Shown here: positions 50,264 through 61,470 of the stretch, piece by piece
How positions within the stretch are numbered: position 1 is the first letter of the stretch
Layout of the letters: every line of letters starts with the position of its first letter
From: a virus
IMG/VR virus record: IMGVR_UViG_3300014208_000033
Location: 32,001-96,000 of that record
DNA length: 64,000 nt
Direction: 5' to 3' (one strand)
Notes under the pieces: model-generated
Databases searched by the model: none
Told to the model about the DNA's origin: nothing
Seen by the model: only the letters and a program-made list of their open reading frames with translations
Translations under genes and position numbers: made by a program

Positions 50264-50301
50264 CTTGATCTTCCTGTGTCTACCAATTCCACCAATTCGC
50301 C
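50264..50301 (-). pseudogene. Orphan 5' half of a tRNA-Leu-like gene fused to the HNH start
   Basis: GGCGAATTGGTGGAATTGGTAGACACAGGAAGATCAAG then ATG; no matching 3' half seen. Confidence 0.6.
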
Positions 50302-50316
50302 ACGTTTAGAACTAAG

Positions 50317-50501
50317 TTGTTTGCACTAGCTAGAATTTTCATCTAGCGAAGTAGGTTTCCTTTGAATAATCTACTGTAGTTTAATAGCCAATAACGGCTC
50401 CCTTTAATGTAAATAATTAAAGGGTTACAAATCATTCAAGAGCTAGTTCACATCTAGCCTACTTCTTAACTAGCCTCCCCGTAACCGGATAGTGCAAACA
50501 A
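50317..50501 (-). ncRNA. ~185-nt structured RNA, copy 2
   Basis: 12-bp closing stem TTGTTTGCACTA/TAGTGCAAACAA, GAAGTAGG/CCTACTTC, TTGAATGATTT/AGATTATTCAA, two apical hairpins; follows tRNA-Lys. Confidence 0.7.
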
Positions 50502-50516
50502 GAATTGAATTAGGTA

Positions 50517-50587
50517 TGGGTCCGGCGGAAATCGAATCCGCATCAAAAGATTAAAAATCTTCTCGTCTACCATTGACATACGGACCC
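50517..50587 (-). tRNA. tRNA-Lys(UUU), CCA not encoded
   Basis: GGGTCCG/CGGACCC acceptor stem; GAAGA-TTTTTAA-TCTTT arm. Confidence 0.9.
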
Positions 50588-50686
50588 ACGATAACTAACT
50601 AGATTTCTTTAATCCCCCTTTAATCTCATTTACCCTTCCTCCTGGTAGCAGAGCTACCAGGAGGCATCTCCGATCCTTACATGTAT

Positions 50687-50715
50687 ATTATACCATGCGC
50701 GTCAATTGTAGTCAA
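50687..50715 (-). promoter_or_regulatory. Strong sigma70-type promoter for the tRNA-Lys unit
   Basis: TTGACT-17 bp-TATAAT with extended TG. Confidence 0.8.
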
Positions 50716-50981
50716 GAACTATCTTCTACTTTCTTTTTCCGAACTCTACGATGAAATTCCAAAAAATCTCTTTCTGTGTCCAGTGTGGTTGGAGATTGAA
50801 ATTGTTCCCACACTCACTACAGAAACACGCATTTCCTATTACATTCATCTCATTATCACAATCAGGACAAATAAAGCTACTGAAAGTATAGTCAACCCAT
50901 GCTGGATCTTTTGTCCCAGGTACTTCTCTTCTATCGTGGATATCTTTTCCAAACTGTTGACGAGCGCACCTTTCATACTTC

Positions 50982-53900
50982 TTAACCACACTTACTCCAA
51001 CCACATTTGGTACATTTCATACAACCTTCGGTTACTGTAGCATCAGCTTTACACTCAGGGCACTTAGGCTTGTCTGCATTGACAACATACTGAGAGAGAC
51101 AGTTAGCTATGTTCACAGGAACCGAAAGCAATGACTGATTACGAACTGAAGTAAGCTGCTTGACGATCAACTCAGGTGAAACATTATGCCTTAACGCAAG
51201 AGAGGAGAGGCGACAGAGAGCTTCAGTTAGAACAAGTATTTCGCCTGTTGCTGTAGATGGAACTGAGAAAACTTCAACGGGTTTATCGTTATGCTTGTTC
51301 ACGGTGATATAGAGTTTACCTTCGGTGGTTCTGACTTTGTAAGTGTCACCCGAAAGAACATGTGGGCGCTCGTTCAGATTTTTCGGAATCTCGGTAGCGC
51401 CGGTCGAGAGCACTTGACCCTTGCGAGAGCCGTCACGATAAACAGTTGTGCCCTTACAGTGAAGATCGTTGGCTAACATGAATGCTTTAGCTACGTCATC
51501 TTCGGTTGCAGAGTTCAATAAATTTGTGGTTTTACTCACCCCAAGATTAGTGAATTCTTGGAAGGCTGCTTGCATTTTAACATGCTGCTCCCAGGGTACT
51601 TGATTAGCTGTGACGAAGAGTTCAGCTTCATTAGAAAGTAGATACTTTGTGTCTACACCGTTCTTGAATGTATAGTCATAGATTTCATCTTTAGTGGCCG
51701 AAGTCTGCATCTCTTCAACTAACTTCTGGAACAACGGATGAATTTCATTCATCTCTTGATCTGCTTGACGACGCTTCATCACATACGCAAAGTTAGGCTC
51801 GATACCGGAACTGCAACCGGCGATGATAGAGAGTGTGCCAGTCGGTGCTATTGCGGTAACGGTTTGGTTCTGGTAATTCCTCAATACCCCGTAGTTAGTA
51901 GCTTCAGTGTTGATGAAGCTCATAAGGTCTTTAGCTACAGAGAGAGCGTGAGGGCTATTGTAGTTAATGCCAAGCTTGATGAGAGCATCAGCCCAGCCCA
52001 TTATACCAAGGCCGACCTTACGGTTTTTCTTGCAGATAGTTTCAATTTTCTTGAGAGGATATTTGTTCTTGTCAATCATGCGGTTGAGGAAATCAATTGC
52101 CGTATGAATGACTTTCTCCAGTTTGTCTTTATTGAAAGGTCTGTCTTTAAGTATTCGGCCTTCTACATCAACGAAATTAGATACATTAATTGAGCCCAAG
52201 CAACAGGCTTCATAAGGCAGTAGAGGAGACTCGCCGCAGTTGCCAGTAACAAAACCATCCAGGACCAACGTGTTAAACTCAATTCCTGTTGCACAGTACA
52301 CGTCCTCATACTTACCTGTATCTGTGATCGATTCGATAGTGTCTTTGTAACCGCTCTTATCTTGGGTTTTTTCAGTGAGAGTCTTAGCAAAGACCGAGCG
52401 CATTAAGTTAAGGTCTTTTTGGAAGAAACTGATATTCTTGAGCCATGTATGAATAGGTCGTCCAGGTCCAATGAATAAGTCATGTGAATCTGAAGCTATG
52501 GTAACTCCAGAGATTTGTTTCTTGTTATAGCAGGCGGGTTTAATCTCGCCAAAGACTCCCATGCAAAGGAGTCTCTTCTGAATGTCTTTCAATAAACTGA
52601 GTGACTTGAAGTTAGTGAGCCAGAAGCAGTTCTTCCGCTTAAAGACATTTCCATTTACCTTGAAGAGCATCTGGAAAAATCCGCGAAGAACGCTTATCTC
52701 ACAGTTCCAAAGTATCTCAGGTAACTTCGTATCAGTGATAGGATTTACCTTGAGAACACTGAACAAGAAATCAGTTATCTCAGCAGAGTAGAAACCGTTC
52801 TTGTATGGATGAGTCCTAGGACGATAGATATTAGCGTACAGTAACTCATCAAATGCCGAGTCTTTCTTAGCGAGATTAGAGTCACAGAACTTAGAATGAA
52901 CATACTGTAACCCTTTGAGTAATGATCGATAGGTTGAAGCAAACTCTGACTTACGAATCTTCTTAACGTCAACAGTGAATGTCAACTCACCAGCATCATT
53001 CTTTCTGAACCACAAATTAGGCTGAGTGTAGAGTGAAGCTAAGAAATGACCGAACTTGAGATTGTTCTTAGAATCTTCATTATCAAGTCGATGAGGCTTA
53101 ACCCCCATCGGAGTATCAGTAGTGTAGATCATAAGCATCTCACCAACTGATAACTCTTCTAACTTCTTCTCAGAGTATGAGAATGTTCTTCTATCGCTTT
53201 TAGTTGTCTCATTAGTCTGCTTCACAGTGAAGAACTTATGATACTCAGTAGCCTCAATCTCAAGACCTGACTTCATCGTGATCTTATATATCGGAGCATT
53301 CTCCGCTGTCCGTCTAACCTTAGTGATGTTATGATGGTGATTATTATCAGTGACTCTCTTATCCATTATAGCTGAGTAAATACTGTACGGATAGCTAGGT
53401 CCAGCAGCATCCTTCATAGTAGGACAGTGACCTGGGAACATTATCCTCGTAGACCCAACAACGCAAGGATTGGTGCTCTCGATTTTACCTTGCTCTGGTG
53501 TCGGGTTATGACGGTTGATCTCATCTAAGAATATAAGGCCGGGCTCACCGTTGAGCCAAGCGTTCTTTACGATTTTTCTGAATATCTCCTTTGCGGGAAG
53601 AGTCTGAACGACTTCACCGTTCTTCGGATTGATAAGCTCCCATGGGAGATCATTCTTAACAGCGTTCATGAACTTATCTGAAACACCAACTGATATGTTA
53701 AAGTTGTTTAATGACTTCTCATTAGTCTTACAATCAATGAATTCCAAAACGTCAGGGTGACTCACTTCGAGGATGCCCATTAAAGCCCCCCGGCGCACCC
53801 CCCCTTGCTTGCAAACGTCCGTTATGGTGTTGAACACCTGCATGAACGTGACTGGCCCTGAACTTATTCCATTTGTCGAGTGGACCTTATCATTTCTCGG

Positions 53901-54242
53901 TCGTAACTTACTGAAGTTAATACCAACTCCACCACCTGATTTGAATATCAAAGCACATTCTTTAGCTGTATCAAATATGCTAGCCATCGAATCTTCAATT
54001 GGCATAACATAACATGCGAATAGGTTTCCTAACTTAGTCCCTGCTCCGGTGAAGGTGACTGAATTTGGCAAGAAATCTAATTCATTCATGATAGTAAAGA
54101 ACTTCTGCTTCTCTTCGTCAGTGTCACCTAAGAAGTTGGCAACTCGCTTAAAAAGCATCTCAGGTGTTTCAATGATATTTCCGTTACCATCACGAAGAAG
54201 GTAACGCTTCTCAAGCACTTTTATAGCATTATCGGAAAGCAT
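50982..54242 (-). CDS. nrdJ: Class II (B12-dependent) ribonucleotide reductase with an intein
   Basis: LEKRYL, FLPNS, GGGVG, RRGA, NPC|...|CGE, APTGT, KG.TVYRDGSR; no small-subunit gene in the window. Confidence 0.9.
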   Translation of the reverse strand: MLSDNAIKVLEKRYLLRDGNGNIIETPEMLFKRVANFLGDTDEEKQKFFTIMNELDFLPNSVTFTGAGTKLGNLFACYVMPIEDSMASIFDTAKECALIFKSGGGVGINFSKLRPRNDKVHSTNGISSGPVTFMQVFNTITDVCKQGGVRRGALMGILEVSHPDVLEFIDCKTNEKSLNNFNISVGVSDKFMNAVKNDLPWELINPKNGEVVQTLPAKEIFRKIVKNAWLNGEPGLIFLDEINRHNPTPEQGKIESTNPCVVGSTRIMFPGHCPTMKDAAGPSYPYSIYSAIMDKRVTDNNHHHNITKVRRTAENAPIYKITMKSGLEIEATEYHKFFTVKQTNETTKSDRRTFSYSEKKLEELSVGEMLMIYTTDTPMGVKPHRLDNEDSKNNLKFGHFLASLYTQPNLWFRKNDAGELTFTVDVKKIRKSEFASTYRSLLKGLQYVHSKFCDSNLAKKDSAFDELLYANIYRPRTHPYKNGFYSAEITDFLFSVLKVNPITDTKLPEILWNCEISVLRGFFQMLFKVNGNVFKRKNCFWLTNFKSLSLLKDIQKRLLCMGVFGEIKPACYNKKQISGVTIASDSHDLFIGPGRPIHTWLKNISFFQKDLNLMRSVFAKTLTEKTQDKSGYKDTIESITDTGKYEDVYCATGIEFNTLVLDGFVTGNCGESPLLPYEACCLGSINVSNFVDVEGRILKDRPFNKDKLEKVIHTAIDFLNRMIDKNKYPLKKIETICKKNRKVGLGIMGWADALIKLGINYNSPHALSVAKDLMSFINTEATNYGVLRNYQNQTVTAIAPTGTLSIIAGCSSGIEPNFAYVMKRRQADQEMNEIHPLFQKLVEEMQTSATKDEIYDYTFKNGVDTKYLLSNEAELFVTANQVPWEQHVKMQAAFQEFTNLGVSKTTNLLNSATEDDVAKAFMLANDLHCKGTTVYRDGSRKGQVLSTGATEIPKNLNERPHVLSGDTYKVRTTEGKLYITVNKHNDKPVEVFSVPSTATGEILVLTEALCRLSSLALRHNVSPELIVKQLTSVRNQSLLSVPVNIANCLSQYVVNADKPKCPECKADATVTEGCMKCTKCGWSKCG
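52239..53465 (-). mobile_element. Intein (about 409 aa) in the RNR active-site NPCGE motif, with a LAGLIDADG-like region
   Basis: Starts CVVGST, has block B ATEYHKF, ends DVYC...VTGN followed by Cys. Confidence 0.9.
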
Positions 54243-57200
54243 TTAATCCCCTAAAGTGTCGATGAACTCAGTAAGATACTTGATCGCGTGTTCCTTAGCT
54301 TCCTTGAAGTTAGTAAAATTGACCTTACCGTAACACTGTGCAGAACTCTTATAATTCCAAATTTCAATATCATCACTATAAAGACTGAAAGGTACTCCAA
54401 CACCTGGGTTCACATTCTGAAAAATCGTAACAGAGTAGTTACCCTTATCACTGATAGCGTCAACAGTCCACTTGACATGCTTAAGAATCTTGATAGTCAT
54501 TCAGTAACCCCTATGGTGTTCTAACGTCTTTGACAGAGATTCAGATATATCATCCAATTTTTCATTTGTTTTGCAAAGTTCGTTAGCACTCTCCAAATAC
54601 TTAGTTATACAAGCAAAAATCTCACATTCTGCATCGTTTTCATTCCAAGCATAACATTTATAGTTTTTACAAAGGTCTTTGATTAGTGGACAGAAATAGT
54701 TATCCATGTCATTTCACCTTCTTAAGTGCTTCAGCAAACATAGAAAGTGTCTCAGTCCAAATCTTCTGTTGAGATTCAATCTGCTTTGAGTGAAGATCGC
54801 TCTGTTCAAGTATAGACTTGAAGATCATCTTATGACTTTCTTCAACAGTCTTCCACAAGATGACTTGAGTACAAACAAGAATAACAAGCAAAGTGATAAT
54901 GATAGCTTCCATCTTACTCTTCATCCTCCTTAAACATTTCATCCTGACACTCTTGACACAAACAACTAATGTAGAACTCTTTCCTACTAATTTCATCCTT
55001 GAACTTATCAGCTAACTTACCACACTTGATACAGTGTTTCCAATCTGCTTCCTTACCGAAGAACATCTTCTGAACATTTCCACGAAGAGTCATTGAGTTA
55101 CCTTCACATCTATAGTAACCTCGACCAGATCATAGATGAAGTTTGGCCTGAGTTCCTTCTCAATCCTAAGACACTCTCTAGCCTTCTTCTTATCCTCAAA
55201 GAAACAATTACTCATATCATTATGAAAATCATGATTAGCATCCCAGGTATGAAAGCTATCATCAATCCTACTGTAGAAAGCATTAGGGAACTTGAAGTTA
55301 CTAAGCTGAACAGTGTAGAACGTCTTAGTCGTCATTGAGCCTCCAGTACATATATAATACAGCGTCACTTAGAAGAAGTATACGATTTCTTCAACATATC
55401 AAAACTATTTGCATCCAACTTCATGAAAGTCTCGTTCATAACTTGAATAGTAACGATGATAGTCCTTACAGAAACTTCAAGTTCTCCAAGTTCAGAACAC
55501 CTAGTAAGATAATTCACATCATAGTTAAGAATTAAACACTTGCTACCAAAAAGTTCACCCTTAGTTATCTTGAAGTGTTTCTTATCAAGAAAGAGAACTT
55601 TAGAGAAAATAGTAATAAGACCATTACAATGCTTCTCAGTGAAGCAACTATCAAAACTGTAAATAGGAACCCAATTAGGTTTCATTGTCACTCCTTAGAC
55701 ATAATAGATTGGGTTTGTACATTCGTAATAATCACCATTACGACCATCAAAAACATAGTAAAACTTCCTAGTCTCCTCCTTCACAATAGTAATCGTCAAA
55801 TTCTCCGCCACTACTATATGTGAATTCATTATCAGCAATGTCCCTTGCTTCCTTCAAAGACATATGAAACTTCTTCATCAGATAGATCATTCTCTCACGA
55901 ATCCAGTTATGCTCATACCTCTTCCAATCTCTATCATTTCGTGCGTAGACTTTCATAGTGTAGTTACTGAAACAACACTCCTTAGGATTAATTCCATGTC
56001 TCTCACACAACTCAGAAAGAGAGTAATCTTTTCGCTCAGGAAGAGTAAGAACAGTCCTTTCAGAATTTTCGGAAGGAGGAAGAGAAGTACCTTTAGTGTT
56101 TTGCCTATCTATAATTATAGCCAGATTTTCACTTATCTTAGTTAGTGTGTATTGAGATAGTGGAGTCATTTCGTCTATTACTACAGAATGAAGTTTAGCT
56201 CCTAAGATTTCTCTGAAAGGAATCTCACTCATCACTTATACTCCGTACTAAACACAAATACGTTGTTCAGATCATCATTGGCCTTGTAACATCGCATGGA
56301 AATATCAATTCCACGAAAAACTAAATTCCACCTATCAGGGAAACTCATACCAGAATAAGCGTCATCGAACGTATTGCAATCAAGCATTACATGATACCTA
56401 CGATAATGCTTATCGTAGTAAGCCTTAAGATCCTGTTCATACCTACCATTGATAGGATCACTACAGAAAATCTCAATACATCTTTTAACATACCTGATAT
56501 TTACAAGCTTACCAGTGGTATCAGTGAACGTATACAGTGGCTTCCAAAGATGATTAGTCTTCATGTTTTATCCTTCAATTCATAGGCTTCAGAACAACAC
56601 AGTTGTTCTCTTTAGTCTCATCTTCATCTACGATTTCCCAGTAACACGAATCTATAGGTTCGCCTTCAGCTATGAAATATCCCCGACAAGGACTGTAAGA
56701 ATTACCTTCTGAATCCTTACTCATGATAACTTCATAGTTACCACAACCACTGTCCCTAACCTTGATAAGTTGTCTAATCAATTCATTAACTTTCATCGTT
56801 CATCCTATAGGCCAGTTTGGCCTTGCTCCATGACCCATACATATTTCGAAACATGTTCAGTAACTCTTGCTTCAAGTTATGTGCCTTACGCTTACGTCTC
56901 CGAACAAGTTGTTCATACTTAGTGTAATGATATGCCGTAGTTGACACAGCGTTATGACCTAGATGAATTCTTGGTTTGATCACTCCTAATGGTTTCACGT
57001 ACCATACTCGCAAAGATATCCCATGCCTTTTCTCGTCGTATCCTGTGAGTGTAGAGGTTACGAAATTTCGTAATGAAAGTCTGACGACACTTATGATCCT
57101 TCTTACGCTGCTTAACAAAATCCCTTTGCGCTATCTTATCGTAGTAAGCTGTGCTATGCGGATGCGCGTGTTTCATCTCATATCATCCTCTACGTCATTA

Positions 57201-59777
57201 CCACCAAAATCTTTGTCATACTTACTAAAATCACAATTGATGTTATCTCTAAGGGCTCGAAGCATTCCAGTCACACTTTGAATAGTATACTGAAAAGCGA
57301 AGTTACCGTATTTCTTCTCCTTAACGCAAGAGGTAATGCTCTCACACTCACGATAGATACGGTCGATAGCGTTGTAAATGTTATAGGGAATCTTCATAGT
57401 CAGTCTGCTCCTGTTCGTATCCGTAGTTGTAATCCAGTCTTACAGCATGAAACAAATCTCTGATCATCTTAACATGAATATTCAACTCAATCTCTTTTGG
57501 GTGCTCCTTCTTAATATCTTCACAAAGGACTTGCAGCTTGTTGTCTATTTCATTAAAAAAATCATTGATAGTGTAGTCGTGTTTCATAATCACTCATCCT
57601 CATCTGGAATAGCATTGTCACTATTGTAGTGCTCGTTTTCTATCTTAGAAGTATTGGCAATCTTGGTTAAAATTCCAACGACATTCTTAAGAGAAGAAGC
57701 AACCTCACCTTCATTATTGATATATGCAACACCAGACAGGATATTAGTCTCCCTACAGATTCTTAGAAGATCACGCTTGAATTCATGCTCATAAACCATA
57801 TCAATCGTCCTCCCCGTCTTTAGCATAGTGCATACTCTTCATCGTTTCCTTGAGTCTCGTATTCCTATTCAGTTCCTCGTACAACTCATCCTCTAGCTGA
57901 AATATCTTCTTAATCAACTCCTCTTTCGAGCGTTTCATAAGGTCTATTACAACTTGATCTTTCATATCAAGTTCAATCCTACTCATCGCTAACATTCCTT
58001 CCTTCTATCAACACGTCGCAAGAGGCTATGATCATCTTCAGAGCAGTAATGAATTCTCCATCACACTTGGGATCATTCTCAGTATGAACAAGAACACCCC
58101 TGAGTTCATTCACAGCTACACAGAACTCGTAGTTAATACGTCTCGATATGTTCATTCAGTTTCACACAACCATTCAATATGCTTAAGCAACACATGCTCA
58201 ACTTCAGTAGGAATTCTCTTCTCAGTCGTTCCATCTTCATAGAATATCTTAATCAGGTCAGGTTCTCCAACGTCAACTATAAGAGTAGCATGAGCAATCT
58301 TACTCATCTTCTGGATCTCCTGAATTTACACCATTACTAATGTCTTGAAAAAAGTTTCCGATATTTCGTAAAGTGGAGTTAAGTACATAGTTATCAGGAT
58401 GCTCATCTTCTGCAATACGAATTAGAGAGAAAATAACACCACAAAGAGCATCGAGTTTCTTTTCAAATCTCTTAGAGCACTTAAAGTAACTCACTTCTCA
58501 CTCTCCAAGCAATCAAACAATCCTTGAATCAGTTCAGATATCGTTCTTACAATAAGTCGAAGAGGAAGATTGTTTGGTTGTTCACGGTCAACGGTATTAA
58601 GCAAGTTTACTGCCATCATACACATGATATCTACTTCTTTTGCAAATCCCTCAGAACACTTCATTCGTACCCTCCCACTCATCACAAAACCTATCACAAG
58701 TCATATCTCTTACAGCTTCATCGTAGTGATCCTTAGCACATTCCAACTTCCTAGAAAGTCTCCTGGCTACATCTATGCTGATCTTAATGTCGGTGTTCCT
58801 GTTGTCCAAAGGGTGATCCAGAATAGCTAACATGAGTATCTCAATGTCAGTTTTCTTAGTCATCGTCACTCCTCTTACAATCTTCCTTGTGGTGCATAGT
58901 TCTCATCATCTCTTTGAGCCTAGTAACTTCATTCAGTTCGTTGTACAACTCATCTTCCAGGTCAAGTATCTTCTGAATGAGTTCACCCCTATCAGCATTC
59001 CGAAATCTATCAAGGTCAGATAGACTTATATCACTCATCCTCAGTCTCCCTGATATCACAATCATCATGCATACCTTGAAGAGTGTACTCCATCGTTTTC
59101 AGAATATTCGTAAACTCAACCAACCCTTGCGAACGAGCCGAAGCCGCAAGGGATCTGGCATTTCTCATCATGTTCCAAAGCTCAGACTTAAAGAGGTCGT
59201 CACACATGCTCATATGTCACCACATCTTCTCAGGTCCGAGTATCTTTTCTATCTCTTTGATCTTCCTAGAAAGATCCATTAACTCTCTGCAAAGAAGTCT
59301 ATTCTCAGTTTTAAGCTGTGAATTTTCTTCTTTGAGTTCGCTCTTAGTAAGCTCTTTCTTAGTCATAATCTATATCACTTTCTTCTGAAACTTTTACATA
59401 TACCAACAATTCTTCTGCTTCATCAATTGTGAACTCGACATAAGGAGTAGAAATACTGTGTTTATAATCATCGATAGCTTTTTCAATGACTTTACTCAGC
59501 AAACGTCTAGTCATTTCGAGTTCTCCCTATCACAAGTTTCCCTAGCTTCCTGTTCATCAGCGAAGCACTCACTATCACACCGAATGAACACTTCTTCAAC
59601 ACCAGTCATATTGTACTTAATACCAAGAGAGTCAATAGTTATCCTCGTAACTCTCCCACTCTTAACCTTCATCTTAGTAACAACACTCACATGCCCGCAA
59701 AGCTTGCAAGTTTCCTCGACATTATGACTAGGAGTAAGAACCCAAAGAGTATCACCGATATTAACCATTTTTCTCAC
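54243..59777 (-). CDS. Dense run of about 20 small hypothetical genes (early/host-takeover type)
   Basis: Overlapping ATGA junctions, GGAG RBSs, internal paralogues. Confidence 0.6.
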
Positions 59778-60241
59778 TTCCCCTTTATCGTCATGCTCTT
59801 ATCAAGAGAAACAGCTATCCCCATGATATCACCGCAAAGGTATTGGTTGGCTATATACCTAGCAAACCTCATCCCCATTATCTTGAATCGCTGTTTGAAT
59901 TTCTTACCATGTCCCACATACGGATGAACCAACACATGGCACAACTCATGGATATAAGACTCACACACTTCCATGAAAGTAGTGTCACCAATATCAAGAC
60001 CTATATGAAAAATACTATCCTTCTCATTATAAACACAGTAACCAGCAGCATCGACACTCTTGTTTCCTCTTCTTATTGGTATCGTCGATCTATGAAATCC
60101 AACCACTATCTTGCTCTGATGCTTCCTTCTCTTATACACGTCGTTGAACTGCTTTTCAATAACCTCAAGCGGTCCCATTGTGTTCCTCCAGTTTTCCGAA
60201 AATTCGTAAAAAGACACCCCGAAAATAAGCATCTGGATCAT
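59774..60241 (-). CDS. SprT-like zinc metalloprotease
   Basis: AAGYC, HELCH......HGKKF. Confidence 0.75.
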   Translation of the reverse strand: MIQMLIFGVSFYEFSENWRNTMGPLEVIEKQFNDVYKRRKHQSKIVVGFHRSTIPIRRGNKSVDAAGYCVYNEKDSIFHIGLDIGDTTFMEVCESYIHELCHVLVHPYVGHGKKFKQRFKIMGMRFARYIANQYLCGDIMGIAVSLDKSMTIKGK

Positions 60242-60419
60242 GAGTTAGACACTTAGAGCATCTACTAGCATCTTGACCCTTAAGAAGTACTCCACGCTAT
60301 CAATTCATAACTTGCCTTCCGGCTCTAAACCGTGTTGCCTTGCGGTACTTCTCATTTACCTTCGGAATCCAGCCTCTTTTCTTTTCTTCGTCTTACCGAA
60401 CGGAGAGAGGAAAATACGC

Positions 60420-61375
60420 TTCGCGGCGCCAGCCGCGATGGGGAGAGTGTGAGAGGGGAGGCGTTAAGCCTCCTCTTTCACTAGCAGCTATTCAGAATTT
60501 TCGGAACCGTCATAGATTGTCGCCTCACAATCTCTTGCGGTTCTTCCTATTCTATAGAAGCTGCTTTGCTCTAAGGAGATGAGTCATCTCGCTTAATTCA
60601 GTGAACTTTCCACCTGATTGATCTCAATCATCAGAAAGTCAGATAGACGCACTTCAAGATCCTGCATCTTAGGATAGGGATCTCGCTATCGATTTCCATA
60701 CCCTAAACTTGATCCAGTTGCAACCTCCTCCGAATTACGAATATTCGGAAGTATGCAGACTCCACCACGATAAGGCTCTGCTGTTCCTTATCGACCGCGC
60801 TTATCTAGTTTCGCGCGCCCATGCAACGAGTAACGAGTTCGTGTTGAAGGGGGCTTCATCTTCGACCAATAAAGTTGTGGTAATCCACCCGCAGAGATGC
60901 TATGTTTAGATCGTAAGTAACAAAGCATCTCCGCACTCAAGGACGAGGCTAATCTACGCCTTACGGCAGGACATTATACCAGAGAAGTCTTAAACCCTAC
61001 GTCTAACTGGACTATCGTTAGATTTCGAATATACGACTATTCAGTGAAGGCTTCGCTTAGTGACCTCAACGCTGAAGATTACTTACTAGGTATTTTGGCG
61101 GGAGCTACCCACTCTCCAGCTAAACCACTTTACTAAGCCTCCGAATGAACGTGTCCTAATGTCCTCTTAGCACCCCATCACAGTGAAAACCTTATCTAGC
61201 CACAGGTCTATTTACCTCTAGCTTGATCTTCCGGCCTCGAATCAGTAGGCTAGGTTCACTCTCTTGCGATTAGCTACTCCCGCAAGATCATTACCCTTTT
61301 GCAATGCAGCTACCTATCTACACCGTATTCATCAACAACGGGCTTGATCCATTTCTGGACGTGGCTTGCCCGTCA
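60420..61375 (-). ncRNA. Candidate large structured ncRNA (~950 nt)
   Basis: No credible ORF; about a dozen nested stems; promoter at 61381-61409. Confidence 0.5.
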
Positions 61376-61380
61376 AGGAG

Positions 61381-61448
61381 ATAATACATTAGAGGAGTAA
61401 TGTTAGCAACAAGTTTCTTTTGTCTTTATTTTACTAACATTGTATTAT
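61381..61448. promoter_or_regulatory. Back-to-back divergent promoters
   Basis: Minus strand: TTGCTA-17-TATTAT (61409-61381); plus strand: TTGTCT-17-TATTAT (61420-61448). Confidence 0.7.
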
Positions 61449-61470
61449 ACATGTAGGAGGTTCTTGTTAT

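Noticed and set aside
60420-61375. tmRNA, RNase P RNA or group II intron
   Set aside because: No GGGG...CCACCA tRNA-like ends, no GAGGAAAGUCC P4 motif, no recognisable domain V and no interrupted gene
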